Below are positions 9,501 to 20,900 of a DNA stretch of 64,000 nucleotides, piece by piece (the first letter of the stretch is position 1; every line of letters starts with the position of its first letter). Position numbers and translations under genes: made by a program. The DNA comes from Setoptus koraiensis (taxonomy: Eukaryota; Animalia; Arthropoda). The notes beneath the pieces were generated by a model. The model had not been told where the DNA came from. It saw nothing but the letters and a program-made list of their open reading frames with translations, and did no database searches. The stretch is taken from positions 21,948,001 through 22,012,000 of the forward strand of contig CM106586.1 of NCBI GenBank assembly GCA_048013815.1. The letters run 5' to 3'.

Positions 9501-10748
9501 TGTGTCGACACCTTGGCATTCTTTCGGGCATGGACCAATACATGGTACGCATTCGCCTCCTTGATTTTGCTTGTTAGGTGGACAGGTTTTAACACACGCT
9601 CCATTGTCTCGAAGTAAATGATCGGGGCAGTTTTTGACACAATTAGTACCGTACGCGTATTTGGCTTCTGGATTGTTTTCCCATGAAAAAGTGGAGGGAT
9701 TGTACCTCATCATGGAGGGGCACTCTTGCCTGCAGACACCGTCGTCGTAGAAATTTTTGCATGCCAGACAATCGCTTTGTTTTGGGCCAGTGCAACCGCC
9801 CGCACAAAAAGAATGGCAACACTCGCCTGATTTTTGGCCATAACATCCACCGCGGCCACAGTGAGGACTACAATTTTTCCTGGTCATCTCTTGGCACATT
9901 TGTGGTTCGTCTGACCAGCAGCCATTGACGCACGAAGAGCATGGACAATTGTCAATTGGAACGCTGTTGTTGAAATAATAGAAAGTTCTAGCGTCTGGCC
10001 CGCTGAGTATTTCCTCCCACGCGATGCTCTTGATGTGGCACATGTTTGGACTCTCATGGATGCCCACATTGCCCACTAGAATATCACGTAGTTTTGGCAT
10101 CTCTAAATTTTTCGTCGTGCTAGATGTGACCAACAGTGCATATTTGTCGTCTGTCATGGACATGGTGCTGAAAAGTTCTCTGCCGCGTATTATTTGCAAA
10201 TTGTGCATTTTGATTTTGGGCACATTAACATAGGCTATCAGTACATAGCCGGTGACCTCTCTGATGGAATTGAGAAAGCTGAGATCTACGTCGGGCTGAA
10301 GCCATGTTATTTCTAGATTGCCGTCGACATAGGTACAATTGGTGTACCTGTCGCGAATATTTTGATAGTGGTGATCTTTGTTTTGCAACTTAGACAGTCT
10401 ATTGCTCGTTCCGATGCAGATCTTTTTCTTGAAGTTGTCCTCTTGCAGCGACGATTGTTGCTGCTGCTGCTGCAGCCTGCCGTTGCCGTGATGAGAGGGC
10501 AACTTGTGCAGAGTGGATGATTGTATTGTGGGCAAAACATGTGGCAAATAGGTCCATGTTCGATTGGGCAATTTCTTGGGCGGCTCTAAATAGGACGATG
10601 CTAAACTAGTGATGCTAATGGCGTTGCTACTCTTGTTGTTGTTGCCGTTGACAATAACAAACTTGGTTGATGATAATAACAAGTGATTAAATATAAACAA
10701 TAACAATAAATATAGCGTATAACTAATAGAGTTGTCTTTGAGTTTCAT
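6510..10748 (-). CDS. EGFR: Epidermal growth factor receptor, paralog A (1412 aa, intronless)
   Basis: Signal peptide; L1 (YTNCTYVDGNLEITW), furin-like Cys-rich, L2 (ITGFLNIQ), Cys-rich IV and extra invertebrate Cys-rich region; TM; Tyr kinase (VAIK, HRDLALRN, DFG, SDVWAF); tail with DDDDYILP, NNPEY and terminal ETAV PDZ-binding motif. Confidence 0.96.
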   Translation of the reverse strand: MKLKDNSISYTLYLLLLFIFNHLLLSSTKFVIVNGNNNKSSNAISITSLASSYLEPPKKLPNRTWTYLPHVLPTIQSSTLHKLPSHHGNGRLQQQQQQSSLQEDNFKKKICIGTSNRLSKLQNKDHHYQNIRDRYTNCTYVDGNLEITWLQPDVDLSFLNSIREVTGYVLIAYVNVPKIKMHNLQIIRGRELFSTMSMTDDKYALLVTSSTTKNLEMPKLRDILVGNVGIHESPNMCHIKSIAWEEILSGPDARTFYYFNNSVPIDNCPCSSCVNGCWSDEPQMCQEMTRKNCSPHCGRGGCYGQKSGECCHSFCAGGCTGPKQSDCLACKNFYDDGVCRQECPSMMRYNPSTFSWENNPEAKYAYGTNCVKNCPDHLLRDNGACVKTCPPNKQNQGGECVPCIGPCPKECQGVDTVHSGNIESFRNCTQIEGSITILDTSFNGYTEVYPNMTLGARYPPLHPSKLEVFNTLKSITGFLNIQANHSDFKNLSCFQNLVTIGGRQTTDMLTTLNILKTSLVSLNLRSLKHIRSGKVAIVENPDLCFASAINWTRLTQGNSDFPREVAVKLNADPIRCKNQGLVCHEQCSRDGCWGPKSDECLSCKNFKLDDGHCVRDCETNQISSYDAGNNTCQRCHEECANGCHGPTSADCKKCKNVRDGPFCVQVCPVSKYSNSSKSCEACHESCAAERGCTGPLNRLGPHGCNSCQKAIISSTDPSVTDYCIKSEDQCPTGYYLEHNNCRKCHHRCKTCTAMGIHTSVCECAKYEVFEQCEDQCPRDHYPNGKKCSQCSYSCNGCTGPTDADCLACRQFKVFHGSGPDSGSEFNCTEQCPKSKPFRVIVNVEDPYCSDKDKSISELLVSDHTVSTSQGIAMTLSLIIVSLVLFFAYKCQRVRSEEHTAKLTMRMSGFDDNDPLQPSNIEPNLAKLRIIQECELREGKKLGEGFGGIVYQGQWFENKSNFRPVAIKVLRDGAQPNMNKDFLEEAKLMASVNHPNLVKLLGLCMTSRLMLVTELMPLGCLAEFVRDEKHKECINSEYLLKWCVQIAEGMAYLEASKIVHRDLALRNVLVQQPGRVLITDFGLAKLLETNEGEYRSSGGEVPVRWLAPECLQMRIFTHKSDVWAFSVTVWELLTYGKLPYHDMKAYEVPKFVIGGGRLTQPEYASIDVFLTMTSCWMVQPEDRPSFVDLVDSFKKYSRDPLRYLVIPGDRLKRFANYPQLGDSMNSPTERRSNDLPYPLTPCVNMAFDFVKSPRKPKNCEIQNFTFSVDDINNYNKNASSYSNHNPSVPNFDTLPYQDGKRFLSDFDFYNNHEILYPRTPLTAQPTDDLNLPVDDDDYILPSVNFVDPNYMMNIISMDINGVNNPEYHMKYNNYYQQHTPIDQYSKRSTSDDLSSSEHISDSNSYTKPDETAV
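7109..8158. repeat. Inverted-repeat arm (1050 bp, 2 mismatches) pairing with 29021-30070
   Basis: Line-by-line reverse-complement comparison; mismatches only at 29970/7209 and 30048. Confidence 0.93.
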
Positions 10749-11227
10749 TTCATTTCATTTCATGTTGTTGTTGTCGTGAGCATTGTGTGTCGGCTGGGAT
10801 TCGATTTCATCATGTGTGTACGCTGGCTGCTACTTGCTGCAACTGGATGATGCGAGCGCACTGATGTTCGGTGTATCGGCGATATTTGCACTATTTGCAG
10901 CAGCACAATTGAATCGGTTGATTTGCAGCAGCAGCAGGTTGAATTAATTGAATCGTTGAGTGATATCACTTGTGCGAATAATTAAAATGATAAATATAAT
11001 GATGATAATAACTGCAAAATGCGAAATAAAATGGGACGCTGGCGCTCACTGGTGCAATTGCGGGCTGCGAAAGTTGGTCAACACATTGTTTGATCGAACG
11101 AATCGGATCGAATGTGAATATTGAATTTAGTTAGTGAACCACGACACACACACAAACTTTGCCTGCAGTTGCAGTGCACTGGTATGCGCCGCTCGGAATG
11201 CTTCTAGCCAATTGTCTGTGCTGGCAT

Positions 11228-11255
11228 CACACACACACACACACACACACACACA
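11228..11255. repeat. (CA)14 microsatellite
   Basis: Read directly. Confidence 0.9.
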
Positions 11256-12820
11256 AAGCCCCGCACACACACGCACACAGTTCGCTGGTCCATTATAGGG
11301 TGCAAATAACACCCTGCCTGGGGGATGCGCTGTGGCCGATCGGCAGCGCGCGCGCAACGCACATTCTCTGCCGCCAGTTGCGTGTGCGCCGCCTCTGCCA
11401 GGCCACGCACATGCTGCGCGCGAGCCGAGCCCACAAGTGCCGCCCGGCACACACAATGCGGCGCCTGTTCGGTGCGGCCACAATCTGTGCAATGGCGGCG
11501 CGCAAGTGCACCGGTGTCTGTGCAGGCGCACTGGCGGCCGCAGCGACAAGTAGCAGGCAACAAGTAGCAGCGACTGTGTTAGGCTGGCCGGGGGACGCGC
11601 CGACGCCGAGCGGCGCAGGCACAGCGAGCGCCAGCGACTGGCAGCGAGTCGCTGCCAGCGAGAGAGACTCTGGCAGAGCGAGAGAGTTTTGCCTCTGGTC
11701 AAACACAAGCCACTGGCCGAAGCGAATGACCAATGGCCATAAAATGATGCTGCGCGGTGTGTGCACTTGCCTCGATGGCACTGCATGCGCTCTTTATGAC
11801 CGTGCACTGCGGCCAATATCGCAGCAGCAGCGGCAACAACAACAGCGCCAGTGTCAGCTATGTTTGCCTTCATCAATTTGCCTGTTTGCTCAATCATGGT
11901 TGCCCTGCGACCAGCGCACACACACACGCACACACGCACAGGCACGGGAGAGGGCACAAAACAGAACCTTGAAACAAGTTGCTCTGGTGCCGATGTCTTT
12001 GCCCGTGTGTCCAGCGCTCGCTTCATCCCCTTCGTTCGGCGGTGTGCGCCGCCGAGAGAATCTCTTGCACCGGCCAACAAACGACCGCTGTGATTTCAAC
12101 TTGCGAGCTCCAACTCGCCACTGCCACTCACACTGCGAGCCTGCACAGTTTGCGCCCAGTTTCTTGTGCTCGTTGTGCCAGCAGCCACTGCTCAAAACTG
12201 CAACTTGTAACTGCAGTCCGGCGCTTGTTGTTGTGGCCAGTTGGCTCTGTGGCAACTTTCTTCTTTCCAGCTATTTGCACCGCTGCTTCTTCCAAAATCT
12301 ACCTGACACACACAGCCGATCGCTGGCGCTCTCAGCAATGGTGCTCTCAGCTATGGTGTGCCGAGCCGGTGCAATTTGCGTGGCTGCTCTTGGAGCTAGC
12401 AGAAATTCTTAGTCAGAACACTTAGAAATGAAAAGTTCGCCCGCGAATCATGCGCGAATTATGCGCGAGCAAAGTCGATGGGCGAAGCTTAGTTTGTGCG
12501 TCGGCCGTTGCGGGCTGCTCAACAGCACAAAGCTCTCAGAGTGCGCGCTGCAATGGATTATCGCAGGCAAGAGCAACAGCAACAGCAAAAGCAAAACTTT
12601 CCACTTTCTGCTGTTTTTGCCAACTAACATTTATTTTTTATTTTTATATAATAATAATTGTTGATTTCTATCGCCTATTACTTATCCTCATGGACGATCT
12701 GCGCGCACTCACACTGTGTGAGTCACACACACATGCAACACTGCCGATCGGCAATTTTTGATTAGCGCATTCGAATTAATGATGACGCCCTAGCGAGGCC
12801 TACATCGGCTCCTTCCACCA

Positions 12821-12880
12821 GCAACAGCAACAACAACAGCAGCAACAACAGCAGCAACAACGGCAACAACAACAGCAACA
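12821..12880. repeat. (CAA/CAG)n trinucleotide repeat
   Basis: Read directly; no supported coding frame. Confidence 0.85.
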
Positions 12881-14550
12881 AATATCTGCAACGTGCTCAC
12901 ATCCATCAATTGTGTTAGTCAGCACTTATATTCTAATGGCGGTACTTTATTCGATTCGAGCACCTATGCGCAACAAGTGACAACAATGACAAAGCCAATC
13001 GGTGCAGGTGAATCTTCACACGTACTATACGTGATGTGTGTGTGTGTGAGCGAAAGTTCACCAGGGGCGCTGGTGAGCCACCAGTGGCGACCAACTGCAA
13101 AGCACCAATGAGCATTCGCACTTGTGCTCTGTTTGTGCCAGCATGACAGCCCTGGCGGACTTTTCGGCATTCAACTATGGGTCATGGGGGTTCGAACCAT
13201 GGGTGAGTCGTCTTGAAATTTCCGACGACAATTAACACTCCCTTGTGAGGCCACCATTGTCTTGAACTATTCGGCAATGTGATTGGCGTGCCATTACAGA
13301 CAAAACACAACACAAAGTAATGTGAGCTTTATGGCAAAACAATTATGAATATTATTATTGGCTTGCTGTAGACGCCGCCGATGGCCAATTAGCGAGAACT
13401 AATTAATTTTGCAATTTTCTATCAGCGACCCAAGTTTCAACCAAGGTTTCCATCCAAACTTATTCATGTACTTGTATGTGTTGTGTTGTTGTTGGCAAAT
13501 GGCGAATGGCAGCTTCGCGCGAAATATGCTCACGGCAACCTGGGTGCAATTGCTATTGTCACCAATTAGCGAGAATTAGCGTGAACAAAACAACTCTGGC
13601 CCAACTTGAGCAGTTGCCCCACAACTTGTGAGTCATAAGCAACCGATTGCTAAAACAGACAGCGCCGTTTGTGTTGCTTCCTTCCGCCAACAACTTTGCC
13701 AGCTCGGCCATAAACTCGGCCCGGCCGTCGAAATTGACTAGTAATCAGCGGCAGCAGCAGCAGCACAGTCTATCAGCGATTTCTAACTAAGCATAAACTA
13801 TTAATGTAGTTATTGGACACCGCCAATATATCATGCGAGCGGCCTATCGCTCGATTGGCTCGGCTGAATGTTATTAATTAATGTTGCATGTTGTCGCCTC
13901 CAACTAAACTGTCTCTTGTGCTGCCAGTCGCATCGATTTGCCGTTCTATCTGTTTTGGCGATCTGTCTTTTGAAATTCGAGCGACAACCTATTATACAAT
14001 GTTATTTGTTAATAGCCGCACTGGCCGCCTAGTCGCAATGGCCGAATGTTGCCAAATGTGGCCAAACTGCCTACCGGGTCGGAATTCGTGTGCCCGGCAA
14101 TCGTTAGATGGATCGATTTTTGTACACGGCCGAGGATGAGCCGGCCAGCGCGGTGATACCAGATCGCAGACAGGCACTGGTAATTAAGATAAGCCCAAAG
14201 CAAATAGGCACACACACGTATCAATTATGTGGCCGGTCTCGGCCGCGCTCAACAGGACCCGACAGAGCATGAATAGCAGTGTCATGTCGAGACTGGCCCG
14301 ATGAATCAAATCTAATCGAATTCTCCATACATGTCATACGAGCGGACGTGCACGCAGCTCCGGCTGGCCAACAACTCTGGCCAGGCCCGTCTCGCAAGAC
14401 GCCCGCTGTTGTCCGGTAGCCGCATTCGACAAGGTCTCGGCACGGTGAATGGAGCACTGGACAAGTGGAGCATTGGCGAAAATAACATAATATAATCACA
14501 ACAAATATTGCAGCATGTTGCTGACGGCTGCCAGTTGCGCGACTCGAAAT

Positions 14551-14610
14551 CGCAGTGATACAACCCGAGTTGCAGTGATACAATCCGAGTTGCAGTGATA
14601 CAATCCGGAG
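14551..14610. repeat. 20-bp tandem repeat x3 (TGCAGTGATACAATCCGAGT)
   Basis: Units start at 14551, 14571 and 14591. Confidence 0.9.
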
Positions 14611-15183
14611 TGGCCTGCCGAGGTTGGCCCGACCAAACTGATTATTACTTTTGGAATCTCTCGCTCGCTCTGGCTCGGGCCTGAGCCGCTGGCTCGGCAC
14701 GGGCGCGCTCGCCGTTGCTTGGCATGGCGATTTCATTAAATCCGCCCGTCGCCGGCCAGTCGAGGGCGAGGGCGAATTCGTCGGGCCGGGACTTTGGCAT
14801 CTGTGCATCTATCTGTCCGTCCGACAGCGGGTGCGCTGAGAGACGGCCGATGCACTTTGCTGATTGCTCGGACACGATCGCATCTTGTCATTGTTGCGCC
14901 TGTTGCGCCTGTTGCACTTGTTGCACTTTGTTGCCCGTGATCCGCTGCAACCGACAAACAAACCGACAAACAAAATCGGACCACAAATTCGAGACTGTGA
15001 CAGCAGCAACAGCGCACACTGCAACTGCTCGCCAACTGCGGCCTGTCCGCGTCCCGAGCTGGGCCGCAGCGGGCAGGTTGGCTTCTCTGGCTCTGGTTGC
15101 GTCGTTGCCAGCGACACCAACCTGTTGCTTGCTCGTTTGTGGCCGTCGGCCAGCCAACGGGCGCACCGATCGCCGGCAGCCAG

Positions 15184-15236
15184 CGGCCAACTAGACGGCG
15201 GCCAACCAGACGGCGGCCAACCAGACGGCGGCCAGC
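15184..15236. repeat. 15-bp tandem repeat x~3.5 (CGGCCAACCAGACGG)
   Basis: Read directly. Confidence 0.85.
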
Positions 15237-15663
15237 TCCACAAGTGTTGCCGCTGCGTGCCACGGAACGAGCACCCAGCCGCACCGGCTAATGAGGTTCG
15301 GTGAGCTGACGGTGCCGGGCGGCACGGTAGCACCGAAACAGACTGCAAAAATTCAAAAGATTTTCAGTCAGCTCGCAGCTCGCTGTTCGGCATATCGAGT
15401 CGCAGTGATTATGTATCTACAGCGGTGATTGCGATTTCATTTTCACAGCTCATGCGAGCTGCCGAAGTGCTGCCATGTGAGGCCTGCGCTCCGTTGTCGA
15501 GCATTCTGGCCGCGAGAGTTTGGCGCGTATGGCCGGCACAGCCAGAGCCTGGGCCGGAGTCAGAGAACTCCTCTGATGGTTGTGCGAAGCCATTGTGTTC
15601 GTCCATGGAGCTCGTGCTCGGATTGCGCCGACTGTGCGTGTGCTCCGAGTTGCAAGTGGCCAG

Positions 15664-15726
15664 TTCGACGCTTCGACGTTCGCAGCTTCGACGTTCGCAG
15701 CTTCGACGCTCGAAGCTTCGACGCTC
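15664..15726. repeat. 15-bp degenerate tandem repeat x~4 (GCTTCGACGTTCGCA)
   Basis: Read directly. Confidence 0.8.
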
Positions 15727-17929
15727 GGCGCTCGCAACAGGCACTACAACACTGCCTGCTCAAGTGCAACAGGCAGCGGCCAACAGAGGCTACCGACGCA
15801 ACCGAACAAATTGATTCGAGGCCAACAGCTGCATCACGACCTGGTGCCTCCCCCGAGCGCTGGCGGCCTTACTCCTGTTACACCCCTAACAACTGAACCT
15901 GGCGGCCAGGTCCTGTTTCTATGGCCCGTCCGCAGCAACGCCGCAACCGGCCGCTGCTGGCCGCTGCTGGCGTGTCTGTCCGGCGTTCATATCTCTCTCT
16001 TTAGCTTTTGGTTGCATCATATCTCTAATAAATTGCGGCCGCTGCTGCTGGCGTGTGTTTGCTGGCTCGACATGACCATCAGACTGAACAATAAAAATGG
16101 CAAATAAATGGCACGTTGCTGTCTCGAGCGCCGCTTGTCCGGCTACCGGGCAGCGGACTGGCTCATACTTGTACTTGTACTTATACTCGTACTTATACTT
16201 GTATTTATTCTCATATTTATACTTGCACCAATGCAAACACAGCCAACTCTGTGTTAATTTGACGCTCGCCACAATCGATCGGGCGAGCAAGACACACAAA
16301 CAAATAATGGCCGCGAGTGAGTTAATTAAACAACGGCAGCCGCAACACAGTTATCGCACAGGACAATGAGGCCATAATTCTTGTTGTTGCCGCTGTTGCT
16401 GCTGCTGTTGTTGTTGTTGTTGTTGTTCAACAGCGGCTGCTGGAATGGCGCTCGCGAGATGATTGGTCGCCGAGCCGAGGCGAGCCGGCCCGGCCGGCTC
16501 ATCCCGTCAGCCTAATGTGTTTTATGTGTGATGTCATATTGTGCTGCAGTGGTTGCCGCAGCAACAAGTTGATCAAAACAGGCAATTAATTACTGATAAT
16601 TAGAGCCTTATGTCCTTGCATGCGCGGTGCGGCCGGGCCAGACGCCGGCTATTATTGTTATCGTCTTCATCCGACGCTCGCTCTGTTGTCTCAGGTTAAC
16701 TTGCGCAGAGCGGGCTCCACAGAGCGACTTGCAGAGAGCCACTTGTAGAGATAGAGACGCCGTTGTCGGGCACCGCCAATTGGCCGCCAATCGGCGGTGC
16801 CCGATCCCGAGCAAAGTGGAAGCGCCACTAACTCGGGACAACATGGAACGCACGGCGCATCGGTGGTAAAACTAAACAAGACAATTAGTTTTAATGGTGT
16901 GCAATTTCAAAGCACACACAAATATACTTATGCTGTATATACGCTCTTATCCTGGATGCATATTCTTATCCTGCGAACGTATTCTCATAGCAAGAGAGAG
17001 CGAGAGCAAACAAGGAACGCTGCTCACGTCGAATTCCACTGGCCAAGACAAACACAAACATAAAGAACGCGCTCTTTTTGTTTCGTCGTCGGTGTGCGCG
17101 TGCTGCACGTACCTTCGCTCATTTGTTGCAGGTCTTGAACGGGCTCAACTATCCATCTCAGCTCAACTTTGTGGCCAACGCAAAAAAAAAGATAAAGGAA
17201 TCGCACAAGAATCATCATGAGCCGCGCCGCAAGCAGAGCAGCTCAGTTCGGCCAAATCCAGTGGACCAGTTCAGTTGGGATCATATCGCAGAGAATTCGT
17301 TTGCCACTCGCTGCCCGAACTGACGCTTCTTTGTGGCCAGTTCGTTCTCGCTGTGTGCTGCTGCTGCTTATCGTGCTCCTTAATCTCTGTAATCTCTGGC
17401 TCGGCCTCAACCACCAGCGGCCAATAATCACTATCTTAATCTGGATCTGTTTAGAATTCTCTGTTGGCGTTGTCAGTGTTGCCCGTGTTGCTGGCGTTGC
17501 CGGTGTTGTGGACGCTGGCGTTGTTGTTGCGGCGAGAAGCGCCGATAGGAGCCAGCTTATGGATGGCATAGCATACTGAGCCGAGAGCAGGCCCGTTTGA
17601 GCCGGTTCAACCGCGGCCGTCGATACCACGCTCGTCTCGTCTGCTGGTCGCTGATCTGATTTTATCTGCAGGAATATCCCGATGCATTCCACTGGCCACT
17701 GGCCACTGGCGAACGGCCACAAATCGACGGCCGGCGCTGCCATTGGTGCGCCAGTGCCAGCGCTGGACATGAAATGAATAAAAACATTTGGCTATAATTA
17801 AATTGATTGGTTTGTTGTTTGGGGATGTCGTCACTCTAGTTGCGCTGCTCGTTTATCGTCGCTGGCCGTCTTGTTGTTGCCGTTGTTGCCGTTGTTGCTG
17901 TTGTTGCTGCTGCTGTTGGTGCTGTTGCT

Positions 17930-17962
<33 letters not shown>

Positions 17963-20900
17963 CCGAACAACCTCTGCCCTCGACAACATCGAGCCTTTTA
18001 TTATCATCGTTACCAGTCGACTTAAATCCCCAAAAAAGCACACAACAAATCTCATCGCAGCGGCCGCATACCGCGGCCCGGTCGCCAACCTTGCGCCTGT
18101 TGCAACAAACACCGAGCTGGCCAGCGCTTGGTGCAGTGCAGTTCGGCCTGTGTCCGGCGGCCAGTTTCGACCCGCGAGCAACATGATTTTATCGTTTGCG
18201 CTGCCCAATCCATCTTCGTCGCGCTAATGCCGGCCGACCAATGCACGACCCGAGACGAGAGCCGACTGACAACAAGTGAATGTCGGCCAATCGCCGCCGC
18301 TCATTGGCAGCTTCGCCGGCCTCGTTGCCGCTTTCAGCGGCCAATGGCAAGTGCTCAAGTGGTCACATTAGTCAACTGTGCCCTATTTGCTGGATTCGCT
18401 GCGGAAAGCCGATTTGGGCCGATTTGAAAATATCCAAGTCGCTTTGCGTCGGGGCGACCCACTCACAGTCTGCATGTTCGATACACACTGAAATGTCTCA
18501 GCATGTGAATTAGCATGTTTTATCCCAATCGGGCCCTCAGAGAAATTCCGACGGAAGTGCATAAAGGGTCCGAGGAGAGTAGAGAGCAGGAAATAGAACT
18601 GGCGACGAATTGGGAATTTCGGAATAGGTGACGGCACTGCGCTGACTATGACAGCGGCGGCGGCGGCAGCAGCAGCAGCAGCATTGGTCAAGTCGACGGC
18701 AGACTGGCAATCGTTGATGGCCAGGCAAGTGGCGTGGGCGGCCAACCAGCGACCGGCCGGTCACTTGTCAGGCGCTCGTAGCGTGGGTGTCACTTGATTG
18801 AATTCAGCTTTGATTCGATCCAGATCAGCATCCGCTGATAATCGGACAGCATCTATAGGCGTTGCAGCGCATTGCGACTGTGACTTGGCGACAATTGCTA
18901 TTTCTATCACTTAACTGGCTGCTGGGCACTCATTCTCTGATCGTGCCTCGAATATCAGCAGACGAACGACAAGCAATTAATGGCCGCCAAGACGGCTAAT
19001 CGAGCGACGATCTTGGGCGACAATCAGGTCGGCACAAGTTGACAATTACCGAGAGCGTGAGAGGCATGGGCAAACTGGCTTGCGATCAGCTGGCCAGTTT
19101 GAGAGAGAGAGAGAGAGAGTTGTCGCAATCTGCGACTGACAGCACCACCACTGTTACCTGCTCCGTACCACCTGTTCGGCAATTGCAACATTAGTGCTAC
19201 CTTTCAAATACAAACCATGTATGCAGATATGAAAATTTGTCTGTGGGACAGGCGAGTGAGAGTGTGTCTACTAATTATTTTGATAATCATTAGTGTTATT
19301 CAAATCTTGATTAATAATGCACGCTGATGATAATCGCTCCAACAGCCAGAGTACAAACACAACAAATAAACACACAGACAAGACAAATAGTTCAAGCTAA
19401 CTGTTTGGGTCTTTGTGATAGGACTGCAAACACACACACATTTGGAAACAAGTTGCAGATTAAAAATGTTGGTCTTTGTGTTTGCCATAAGCTGATAAAA
19501 AGTTGCCGTTCGAGAGAAATCCCAAGCTGGCAACCTGTGCAAGCTCAATTATCCGCAATAGGCCAGTCCGGTTGCAACGCCTGGCTTCAAGACGCTCCCA
19601 CTGATTAGATAAATTGAGTTGCGCAACTGGCCTGGGTTTGCTGTTTGGGTTGGTGCGGCCGATGGAGCGACGGTAAATCACCCGGCCGAGCGAGCCGTGC
19701 TCTCGTTTGGGCCATTTGTCTTTATTATCTAGTTTTATTACAATCTGCTCCATCAGTGGTGCTGTAAACGGTGTGTTTCCATTGATACATCAGTTATGTT
19801 ATTAGCTGGCAGGCAAAGTTGCAATCCATGGCAAGCTCGAGACTCGAGTCTACGAGTTGCAGGCTCCGTTCAAAAGCTCAACAATAGCTAACAACAGTAT
19901 GTGTGTGATCAACGATTGCAAACGCTGGCGCTCGCTGGCAAATTTGTCACCAGACCAAACGCTGGTGTCAAATATGCATGGCCTGATACCACATTATATC
20001 ACTCGGCTTATGTAATTGGGCGCGAAACGAGCCGTCACTTTCTCATGATGATTTGCATCTGACACTGCTCCATTTCACACTGTGTGCTGGTGACTTTTGC
20101 AGTTGTTGCCAATACAAGTTCACACATGCTAATATAAGTGATTAGCCTCTAGTGCGGCCTCTAGTCGCTAAGTCCGAGAGGCCGGCTAGTCTATTGAGTC
20201 TGGTGGTCAGTTTGGCCACTTGGTGCCATAATAAAGAGATGTGAATAAAGAGATGCGAATAATAATCGGATGAGATGCAAGCGAATTATGCATATCGCCT
20301 AGATATGGAGTTGGCATGTATTGACTTGTCAGCCGTGTGTCAGGATTCACCCATTTCATTTTGGTGGCGGCCAGAATTGAGCGACTTGATTTCAGTGGTC
20401 AGCTACCACTGAAATGAAGCCGACGAGCGGTGAGGCTTGCTTGCTGGTCATCCCACGATCGCTCAGTCTGTGCTGATAATATACACATACAACATGTATA
20501 ATCATTATTATTATTATTATTATCACTACTGCTGGCCGGCGTATGAACGACTCACTGACTGACTGACGTCGTCGTCGTCGCTGTTGTTGCTGTTGTTATT
20601 ATATTGAAATTTGCAGATACACGATTGCCTCATAATCATAACTTGTGTGTCTGTATGTACAAGTGTAAGTGTTTGCCAGTCATGAGAACATTGAGTAACA
20701 GTTCGAGCGCAGTGAGAGCGGCAGTCGCAAGAGGACTAAGACGAGCAACAAGAACAGAGCGAAGAACAGAGCGAAGAACGAAAGAACGAAGTGCTTCTTT
20801 TATCGCCTTCTTCGGCAGCTAATCATCCTCTAATTCACCTTTGCTGGCACTGCTTCGATATTCACACACACACACACACACACTCGCATACTGGCAGCGA

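Noticed and set aside
11127-12425. Long overlapping ORFs (317 aa minus, 417 aa plus and others) upstream of EGFR-A
   Set aside because: Built from (CA)n and GC-rich repeats that lack stops in several frames on both strands; no domain motif or coding-like composition.
13150-13210. B-box-like GGTTCGAACC suggesting a tRNA or SINE
   Set aside because: T-stem does not pair canonically; no A box, acceptor stem or second copy.
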